Assembly (NCBI GenBank): GCA_036003865.1
Contig: DASYRZ010000158.1
Location: 29,175-93,174 of the forward strand
Reading direction: 5' to 3'
Length of the DNA stretch: 64,000 nucleotides
Source: Gemmatimonadales bacterium
GTDB lineage: Bacteria; Gemmatimonadota; Gemmatimonadetes; Gemmatimonadales; GWC2-71-9
Both the position numbers and the translations under genes were made by a program. Shown here one piece after another: positions 35,809-42,829 of this stretch (the stretch's first letter is position 1; the number at the start of each line of letters is the position of its first letter). The notes beneath the pieces were generated by a model. The model was not told the origin of the DNA. It did no database searches and was given only the letters and a program-made list of their open reading frames with translations.

Positions 35809-37424
35809 TGGCGATCAAGGGCTCGCTCAAGGAAGCATCGCTCCCCGACGTGCTGCAGCTGCTGGCACTGGGGCAGAAGACCGGCTGCCTGTCGATCGCC
35901 GACCGCTCCAACTTCGGCTACATCTACTTCGACAGGGGCCGCATCTGCTACGCGTCCATCGTCAACCGCCGCGACCGCCTCGGCGACATTCTCGTCAAGC
36001 ACGAGAAGATCACCCAGGATCAGCTCGACGCCGCGATACACCGCCAATCGAAAGAGCGCACCAAGAAGCTGGGTGAGATTCTCGTCATCCAGAACGTGCT
36101 GACGCAGCAAGAGCTCGAGCGGTACATGCGCATGCAGATCGAGGAGTCAGTCTACTACCTGTTCACGTGGACGCAGGGGACGTTCAATTTCGAGGCCGAC
36201 GTCCGGCCGGAGCAGCAGGACTTCCTCGTCTCGATCAACCCGGAGTCGCTGCTGCTCGAAGGCGCGCGCCGGGTGGACGAGTGGGGACTGATCGAGAAGA
36301 AGATCCCGTCGTTCGATCTGATCTTTCTCGTGGACCGCGACCGCCTCGAGATCAGCGACGCCAAGCTGACGGAGATTCAGGACCGGCTCCTGCCCCTGCT
36401 CGACGGATCGCGCGACGTGAACGGGGTCATCGAGGACTCGGGGTTAGGCGAGTTCGAGGTCGGGAAAGCGCTCTACGGCCTGGTGACCGCCGGGTTCCTG
36501 CATCGGGCGGGCCGTACCGCCAGCGCCGAAGACCTGAAGATGACCGACGCCCGGGTGGAGGAGCATCGCAATCTGGGCATCGCCTTCTACAAGACGGGCA
36601 TGCTGGACGAAGCGGCACGCGAGTTCCGCCGCGTCGCCGAGCTGCGCGCGACCGACGGCAATGCCCATTTCTTCATCGGCCTGGTCGCGCTCAAACAGGC
36701 GCGCTGGCGCGAGGCCATGGAGGCGCTGCGGCTCGCCGCCGAAAAGGGCGGCTCGCGGCCGGCCGTGCTCCACAATCTCGGCCTTGCCTACGAGCAGCTC
36801 GGCCGGCTCGAGGACGCGGATGCCGCGTATTCCGAGGCGGCGACGCGCGCGCGCACCGACCCGCGCGTGTACGTGGGGTGGGGCATCGTCGCGCTGAAGC
36901 AGGGCGATCACGCGAGCGCCGCCGGCCGGCTCGACCGCGCCAAGGAGCTGTTCGCCGCCAAGGTGCCGCCCATCTGGTACTGGGCGCGCGCGCTCGCCGC
37001 GGCGGCCGCCGGCGATTTCGACACCGCCGAACAGGTGGCCACGCAGGCGGTCGAGGCGCATCCGCACAGCGGCGTGCTGCGCAACAATCTGGCCGTACTG
37101 CACGAGCTGGCCGGGGCGCTGCCGCAAGCCGAGGAGCTGGCCCGCGCGGCGCTGCACGACGAGCCGTCGCTGCCGCAGCTCTCCAAGAACCTCGGCGATC
37201 TCGCCTACCGCGGTTCGCGCTACGACGAGGCGTGGGCGCTCTATCAGCGGGCGATCGAGCTGGCCCCCGAGCTGGGCGACGACGTCTACTTCAAGCTCGG
37301 CAACATCGCGTACAAGCGAAACGACCGCCAACAGGCGAGCGACTTGTGGCGTCGCGCGCTCGAGCTGAATCCCAAACACGAGCTCGTCAAGGCGAATCTG
37401 GACACGTTGAGCAGTTTGTCGTGA
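35808..37424 (+). CDS. PATAN/DUF4388 domain protein with MshEN-like insert and long TPR region
   Basis: Start at ATG 35808 (TAATG). GSLKEASLPDVLQLLALGQKTGCLSI; RLGDILVKHEKITQDQLDAAIHRQ and KLGEILVIQNVLTQQELERYMRMQ; at least 8 TPRs. Confidence 0.8.
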   Translation: MAIKGSLKEASLPDVLQLLALGQKTGCLSIADRSNFGYIYFDRGRICYASIVNRRDRLGDILVKHEKITQDQLDAAIHRQSKERTKKLGEILVIQNVLTQQELERYMRMQIEESVYYLFTWTQGTFNFEADVRPEQQDFLVSINPESLLLEGARRVDEWGLIEKKIPSFDLIFLVDRDRLEISDAKLTEIQDRLLPLLDGSRDVNGVIEDSGLGEFEVGKALYGLVTAGFLHRAGRTASAEDLKMTDARVEEHRNLGIAFYKTGMLDEAAREFRRVAELRATDGNAHFFIGLVALKQARWREAMEALRLAAEKGGSRPAVLHNLGLAYEQLGRLEDADAAYSEAATRARTDPRVYVGWGIVALKQGDHASAAGRLDRAKELFAAKVPPIWYWARALAAAAAGDFDTAEQVATQAVEAHPHSGVLRNNLAVLHELAGALPQAEELARAALHDEPSLPQLSKNLGDLAYRGSRYDEAWALYQRAIELAPELGDDVYFKLGNIAYKRNDRQQASDLWRRALELNPKHELVKANLDTLSSLS

Positions 37425-38218
37425 CCAGGGGGGGGACTCCTCAGGAGCGGGCGTTCGAAGCGCTGACAGAAAAGATCTCTCGCGAACGGGGAGTGAGCTG
37501 CGGGTCGTACAAGGGGCGATGCCTGAAACGCCGCATCGCGGTGCGCATGCGCGCCCGCGGCGTCCATACCTACGAAGACTACGCCAAAATTCTCGATCTC
37601 GACGCGCACGAGTACCAGGAGCTGCTCGACGCGCTCACGATCAACGTCACCAAGTTCTTCCGTAACGCCGAAACGTGGAATGCGCTGCGGCCCTATCTGG
37701 AAGCGCTCGCCCGCTCGCGCGCCAGGCTCCGCGTCTGGTCGGCGGGCTGCGCCTCGGGTGAGGAGCCGTACACGATCGCCGTGCTGCTCGCCGAAGCGCG
37801 CGCGCCAGGCACGATCGATGCGACCGACATCGACCGTCTCAGCCTGGAGCGCACGCGGCAGGCGACCTACCCGGACGCGGCATTCACCGAGATGCCGGAC
37901 CATCTCAAGCGGCGCTACTTCCAGGACGGGCAGCCGCTGCCCCAGGTGCGCGAGCTCGTGCACGTGCTCCAGCACGATTTGACGCGCGAGCGGCCGCCGC
38001 ATCCGCCGTACGATCTGATCGTCTGCCGGAACGTCGTGATTTACTTCGAGCGCGCGGCCCAGGAGCGGCTGTTTCAGGTGTTCGTCGACGCGCTCGTGCC
38101 GGGCGGCGTGCTGCTCCTCGGCAAGGTCGAGACGCTGTTCGGCCCGGCGCGCGAGCGCCTCACCCTCGCCGACCCCCGCGAGCGCATCTATACCAAGCCG
38201 AACGGGGAGCGGTCGTGA
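37421..38218 (+). CDS. cheR: chemotaxis protein methyltransferase CheR
   Basis: GTG start in a GTGA overlap. TKFFRN motif and SAM site VWSAGCASGEEPYTIA. Confidence 0.9.
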   Translation: MTRGGTPQERAFEALTEKISRERGVSCGSYKGRCLKRRIAVRMRARGVHTYEDYAKILDLDAHEYQELLDALTINVTKFFRNAETWNALRPYLEALARSRARLRVWSAGCASGEEPYTIAVLLAEARAPGTIDATDIDRLSLERTRQATYPDAAFTEMPDHLKRRYFQDGQPLPQVRELVHVLQHDLTRERPPHPPYDLIVCRNVVIYFERAAQERLFQVFVDALVPGGVLLLGKVETLFGPARERLTLADPRERIYTKPNGERS

Positions 38219-38697
38219 AGGAAGTCATCGTCAAGGTCGCTGACTGGGCGGCCGACCGTGGCGACGGCGTGCTGGTCACGCTGGGACTCGGCTCCTGCGT
38301 GGCGATCATGCTGCATGACCCCGAGACGCGCGCCGGCGCCATGGCCCACGTCCTCCTGCCCTCCACCAGCCTGGCACGCGACATCACCAACAAAGCCAAG
38401 TTCCCCGAAACCGCCGTCCCGCTGTTGATCGAGCGGCTGAAGGCGCTCGGCGCCGACCCGCGGCGCCTCGTCGCCAAACTGGCCGGCGGCGCCAGCATGT
38501 TCAGCCAGCTCGTCACGCCGGGCACCATTCAGATGGGCGAGCGCAACATCATGGCCTCGCGTAACGCGCTGCGGGCCGCCGCGATTCCGATCATCCGCGA
38601 GTCGGTCGGCGGCGAGCGCGGGCGCAGCGTGCGCTTTCACCTGAAAGACGGCCGCGTGGAGATCCGGTCGGTCGGAGCCGATGCCGCGGTCATCTGA
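38215..38697 (+). CDS. cheD: chemoreceptor glutamine deamidase CheD
   Basis: [12 protein letters not shown]...AMAHVLLP motif set; 160 aa. Confidence 0.9.
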   Translation: MKEVIVKVADWAADRGDGVLVTLGLGSCVAIMLHDPETRAGAMAHVLLPSTSLARDITNKAKFPETAVPLLIERLKALGADPRRLVAKLAGGASMFSQLVTPGTIQMGERNIMASRNALRAAAIPIIRESVGGERGRSVRFHLKDGRVEIRSVGADAAVI

Positions 38698-39787
38698 CAC
38701 CGTCCGTCCGACGGTCGTGGTTGCGGACGACAGCGCACTCATGCGGCGCGTGCTGTCCGACGTCCTGGGTGGGGGGGATGCCGATACGGGCGAATTCCGC
38801 GTCGTCGCCACCGCGCGCGACGGGCTGGACGCGATTCGGAAGGTGCATCAGCACAAGCCCGACGTCGTGACGCTCGATCTCGAGATGCCGCAGCTCGATG
38901 GCCTCGGCGCCATCGGCTACATCATGTCGGAGTCGCCGCGGCCGATCGTCGTGGTCAGCGCGCACGCGGGACCGGGCACGCAGGGCGCGATTCGCGCGCT
39001 CGAGCTCGGCGCGGTCGAGATCGTCGCCAAACCGCCCCCCGAGGTCTTCGGTCATCCGCGCGCCGCGCTCGAAGCGCTCGCGCCGCAGCTCATCGCGGCC
39101 GTGCGCCGCGCGCTCGCCGCCGATGTCTCGCACGTCAAAGTGCTGGCGCGGCCACCGGCACCGGTGGTGCATCCGCCGGAGCTCGCGTTGCGCGGCCGCG
39201 CGGTGCTCGCCGTGGGCGTCGCCGCGTCGACCGGTGGCCCGCGCGCACTCGCCGACGTCATCCCGCGCCTCCCGACCGGCCGCGGCGCCGCGATCCTCAT
39301 CGTGCAGCACATGCCGCCGAAGTTCACGCGGAGTCTCGCGGAGCGGCTCGATTCGATGAGCCGCTTGCGTGTCGTCGAGGCGGCTGAGGGTGCACCAATC
39401 GTCGCGGATACGGCATTCGTGGCCCCCGGCGATTATCATATGCGAGTGCGTCTTGCTCCCGATGGACCGGTCATCGCGCTCGATCAATCCGCCCCCCTGT
39501 GGGGCGTTCGCCCCGCGGCCGATCACCTGTTCCGTTCCATCGCCGAGGTGTACGGCGGCCGTGGTGTGGGGATCGTCCTCACGGGGATGGGCCGCGACGG
39601 GGCCGGCGGGCTGCGCGCGATCCATGATGCCGGCGGGACCGGCCTCGCCCAGGATCGCGAGACCGCGGTGATTCCGGGGATGCCGGTTGCGGCGGTGCAG
39701 GCGGGCGGCGTCGATGCCGTGCTGCCGCTGGGTCAGATCGCCGACCGCGTCGCGGCCGAGCTGATGCGAAAGGGATCGCGGTCGTGA
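38681..39787 (+). CDS. cheB: protein-glutamate methylesterase CheB (REC + esterase)
   Basis: REC domain ([21 protein letters not shown]); catalytic region [10 protein letters not shown] and [10 protein letters not shown]. Confidence 0.93.
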   Translation: MPRSSDTVRPTVVVADDSALMRRVLSDVLGGGDADTGEFRVVATARDGLDAIRKVHQHKPDVVTLDLEMPQLDGLGAIGYIMSESPRPIVVVSAHAGPGTQGAIRALELGAVEIVAKPPPEVFGHPRAALEALAPQLIAAVRRALAADVSHVKVLARPPAPVVHPPELALRGRAVLAVGVAASTGGPRALADVIPRLPTGRGAAILIVQHMPPKFTRSLAERLDSMSRLRVVEAAEGAPIVADTAFVAPGDYHMRVRLAPDGPVIALDQSAPLWGVRPAADHLFRSIAEVYGGRGVGIVLTGMGRDGAGGLRAIHDAGGTGLAQDRETAVIPGMPVAAVQAGGVDAVLPLGQIADRVAAELMRKGSRS

Positions 39788-39789
39788 TT

Positions 39790-39866
39790 CGACACGCTAA
39801 AGCGTGCGCTCGGCGGGGCATTGTCCTTAAGGACAATGGTGTGCCGAGCCCACCCTTTAGGGTGGG
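39790..39866 (+). repeat. structured intergenic element, copy B (three hairpins)
   Basis: CACGC-TAAA-GCGTG; GCTCGGC..ATTGTCCTTAAGGACAAT..GCCGAGC; CCACCC-TTTA-GGGTGG. Paralog of 27058-27132. Confidence 0.85.
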
Positions 39867-39875
39867 AATGCCGCG

Positions 39876-40298
39876 ATGAAAGGGTATTTGTTGGTCCGTT
39901 CCGAGGGAAAATCGTACGGCCTGCCGGTCGGCCGGGTGCTCGAGGTCGGTGATGCCTCCGAGGTGCTGAGCATTCCGCGCACGCTCCCGGCGATGCGCGG
40001 CCTGACGCCGCTGCGCGGCCGGCTCGTGCCGTTGATTCACCTCGGCGCATTCCTCACGGGCAGCGAAGCGCCGGCCGCGACTCCCGCGAATCAGGTCCGC
40101 ACCGTCGTGCTGGTGGAGCTGGGTGCCGGCGGCCGGCAGGTGGCGTTCGAGGTGGATGACGCCGCCGCGGTGGTCCGGGAGCAACCGCTGCCGGTTCCTC
40201 GCGGCCAGACGTTGCCCTGGGCGGCCGGCGTGGCGGAGCAGGACGGGGGGCTCGTGCCGATCCTCGATCTGGACGCGTTGGGGGACCGGATCGTATGA
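39876..40298 (+). CDS. cheW: CheW coupling protein
   Basis: 140 aa CheW fold (YGLPVGRVLEV...MRGLTPLRGRLVPLIHL). Confidence 0.85.
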   Translation: MKGYLLVRSEGKSYGLPVGRVLEVGDASEVLSIPRTLPAMRGLTPLRGRLVPLIHLGAFLTGSEAPAATPANQVRTVVLVELGAGGRQVAFEVDDAAAVVREQPLPVPRGQTLPWAAGVAEQDGGLVPILDLDALGDRIV

Positions 40299-40762
40299 CG
40301 ATGAGCGGCGGCGGCGACGACGTCCAGCTGGTTACGTTCAAGGTGGCCGGCCAGGACTTCGCGTTCAACATCTTTCAAGTCGAGCGCATCCTGCGCTACG
40401 AAGCGCCGGCGCCGTTGCCGAAGGCGCCGGAGTTTCTCGAAGGGGTGTTGCAGTACCAGGGCACCGCGGTTCCGCTCGTCGATCTCCGCAAACGGCTGGG
40501 CACGGCCGCGCCGCTGCGCGAGGACACGCGCACCGTCATCCTCGAATTCGACGGCGGGAAAATCGGCGTCATCGTCGATGCCGTGACCGAAGTGATGCAG
40601 GTGCCCGCGCAGGCCGTGACCCCACCGCCGGGCATCGTCCGCGGGCTCGCGGCGGAATACATCGCCGGTCTCGTCGTGCAGAATGGCCGCACCATCGTCG
40701 TCTTGAACACGAACAAGCTCCTCAATTCGAAAGAGAAACTGGCTTTGCAGGGAGCGACATGA
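40295..40762 (+). CDS. cheW: CheW coupling protein
   Basis: 155 aa; LVTFKVAGQDFAFNIFQVERIL...GVLQYQGTAVPLVDLR; ATGA coupling. Confidence 0.88.
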   Translation: MTMSGGGDDVQLVTFKVAGQDFAFNIFQVERILRYEAPAPLPKAPEFLEGVLQYQGTAVPLVDLRKRLGTAAPLREDTRTVILEFDGGKIGVIVDAVTEVMQVPAQAVTPPPGIVRGLAAEYIAGLVVQNGRTIVVLNTNKLLNSKEKLALQGAT

Positions 40763-41631
40763 TGGCAGAGACACCAGTCGCGGCGCTGCGTCGCGAATAC
40801 GATGCCATCGCTCGGCAGCTCGAGGGGGGAGGCCCGGCGGGCAGCGCCGAGCGTGAAGCGGCGAAGCGCGAGATCATCGCGTTCTTCAAGAAGGTCGACG
40901 GCATGTTGGGAGAGATGACGCAGCTCAAGGACGACATCCGCCAGCTCGTCGATCGCTACAAGCAGCTCGCGGCCGATACAAAGCAGGCGGCGGCTCCGGA
41001 GTTCACCGGCCAGCGCCCCGTCGTGCACGCCGATCACATCGGCGCGACGACGTTCATCGAAAAGGGGTGGAGCCTGATCTCGCTGGGCGATCACGCCGGC
41101 GCGATTCAGGCGCTGACCAAGGCGCTGCAGCTCTCGCCCGGCGAGACACAGGCCGAGTCGCTGCTCGGCTGGGCGCAGATGCTGCACGAAGACTACGACG
41201 ACGCGCTCGGCACTTTCCAGAAAGTGCTCATGAAGGAGCCCGCCAATTCCCTGGCGCGCATCAATGTCGGCTACATCTGTTTGAAAAAACGGATCTTCGG
41301 CGAAGCCATCGAACACCTGTCGAAGGCCATCCGGTTGGACAACGACAAGAAGGCGACGCTCTACGCGCACTTCTACCTCGGCCTCGTGTACTTGCAGCGG
41401 GAGATGTTCGAGGATGCCGAGACGTTTTTCGAGAAGACGATCAAGCTCGGCCCCAACCTGATCGAGGCGTATTACGAGCTGGGACGCGCGCATTGGTTCG
41501 CCGGCGATCAGGCGAAAGCCAAGTCCACCTGGGAAGACGGATTCAAGGCGAACAAGTTCAATCCCTGGGGCAAGCGGTGTCAGGAAATGCTGGACCTGGT
41601 CGCCAGGGGCGAGGAGCCGCCGCGAGAATAA
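40759..41631 (+). CDS. coiled-coil + TPR protein
   Basis: Start at ATG 40759 overlapping the cheW stop. TPR consensus from about aa 100 (GDHAGAIQALTKALQLSP...). Confidence 0.8.
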   Translation: MMAETPVAALRREYDAIARQLEGGGPAGSAEREAAKREIIAFFKKVDGMLGEMTQLKDDIRQLVDRYKQLAADTKQAAAPEFTGQRPVVHADHIGATTFIEKGWSLISLGDHAGAIQALTKALQLSPGETQAESLLGWAQMLHEDYDDALGTFQKVLMKEPANSLARINVGYICLKKRIFGEAIEHLSKAIRLDNDKKATLYAHFYLGLVYLQREMFEDAETFFEKTIKLGPNLIEAYYELGRAHWFAGDQAKAKSTWEDGFKANKFNPWGKRCQEMLDLVARGEEPPRE

Positions 41632-42500
41632 CGCTGCTTGTCCTGCTGTTGCAGGATCCGACTCAACCGTCACTCCCCGTCGCTGTCACCGTTGGGCGCG
41701 TCACCGCGGTCGCCTGGCCGAGCCAGGAGGGACTCGCCACGTCCCTCGCGGAGCTCGCCGATCGTGCGCGCGGCTTTCCCGGCATCGGTCCCTTACCCGA
41801 CCGCCCGATTCGGCTGATCCTCGCGCCGACCCGCGAGCAGTATGATTCGCTCACACGTAGCCGCCTGCCGCTGTGGAGCGAGGGCGCCGCGTTCCCAGAT
41901 GCTGGGACCATCGTGCTGTTGACCGTCCGACCGTCCGACCGTCCGACCGCCCTCAGGCACGAGCTCGCCCATCTCGCCCTGCGCTGGCATGTCGGCCGCC
42001 ACCAGGTCCCGCTGTGGTTCGAAGAAGGGTACGCGGCGGTCGCGGCCCAGGAATGGGACCGGCTCGACGCGCTGCGGCTCAACTGGCAGCTCGCGCGCGG
42101 CGTGCGGATGGATCTCGACGACGTCGATCGCGCGTTGCGGGGCGTCCGCGGCGACGCGGAAACGGGGTACGCCCTCGCCGCGACTGCCGTCTTGCTGCTC
42201 CAGCGGTGGGGCGGGGACCGCGGACTGGGGCCCTTGCTGGCCAACGTGCCGCAGGCCGAGTCGTTCGACGCGGCGCTGCGCGCGACCTACCACGTCACCG
42301 AGGGCGATTTCGAGCTGCGCTGGCAGCGCGACGTCGCCTCCCGCTACGGCTGGCTCTCGTGGCTCGCCGCCATGGGATTCTTTTGGCTGGCGATCGGGGC
42401 GTTTCTCGTCGCGCTCCTGGTGTTCCGGCGCAAGCGCGACCGCCGCAAGCGCGCGGCGCTCGAAGCGGAACTGCTTGACGAGCTTGAGATTACCGAATAG
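41577..42500 (+). CDS. peptidase MA-like (HExxH) protein with a C-terminal TM anchor
   Basis: RHELAHLALRW...LWFEEGYAAVAA resembles Peptidase_MA_2. C-terminal TM segment plus an RKRDRRKR tail. Start uncertain: GTG 41577 (gives an N-terminal hydrophobic segment) or TTG 41649. Confidence 0.5.
   Translation: MSGNAGPGRQGRGAAARITLLVLLLQDPTQPSLPVAVTVGRVTAVAWPSQEGLATSLAELADRARGFPGIGPLPDRPIRLILAPTREQYDSLTRSRLPLWSEGAAFPDAGTIVLLTVRPSDRPTALRHELAHLALRWHVGRHQVPLWFEEGYAAVAAQEWDRLDALRLNWQLARGVRMDLDDVDRALRGVRGDAETGYALAATAVLLLQRWGGDRGLGPLLANVPQAESFDAALRATYHVTEGDFELRWQRDVASRYGWLSWLAAMGFFWLAIGAFLVALLVFRRKRDRRKRAALEAELLDELEITE
41921..41952 (+). repeat. 4x octamer GACCGTCC tandem repeat inside the CDS
   Basis: gaccgtcc gaccgtcc gaccgtcc gaccgccc, encoding VRPSDRPTAL. 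Confidence 0.85.
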
Positions 42501-42515
42501 ACTCCAGCCCCCAGA

Positions 42516-42701
42516 ATGGCCGACCAAACTCTTGCACGTTCGCGCCTGCGTTTTGGACCGAAGAACTACATCGTTCTGGGCGGAGCGCTCGTGTCGCTCG
42601 TGTTGGGCTACTGGTTGTTGTCGAAGGGATCCACGACGCTCGCGCCGGTGCTGCTGGTCCTTGGCTACTGCGTGTTGTTTCCAGTAGGCCTGGCTCTTTA
42701 G
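42516..42701 (+). CDS. small two-TM membrane protein, DUF3098-like
   Basis: 61 aa; FGPKNYIVLGGALVSLVLGYWLL...LAPVLLVLGYCVLFPVGL matches my recollection of the DUF3098 pattern found beside dcw clusters in FCB-group bacteria. Confidence 0.55.
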   Translation: MADQTLARSRLRFGPKNYIVLGGALVSLVLGYWLLSKGSTTLAPVLLVLGYCVLFPVGLAL

Positions 42702-42720
42702 CCCTCGCTCCCCATGGCAC

Positions 42721-42794
42721 GGGCGAATAGCTCAGCGGTTCAGAGCGCCTGCCTTACACGCAGGATGTCGGGGGTTCGAATCCCTCTTCGCCCA
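42721..42794 (+). tRNA. tRNA-Val (anticodon TAC)
   Basis: 74 nt cloverleaf: acceptor GGGCGAA/TTCGCCC, anticodon arm CCTGC-CTTACAC-GCAGG, T loop TTCGAAT. Confidence 0.85.
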
Positions 42795-42829
42795 TTGGTG
42801 TAGCAGCCTGTAACGGAGGAACGAACACG

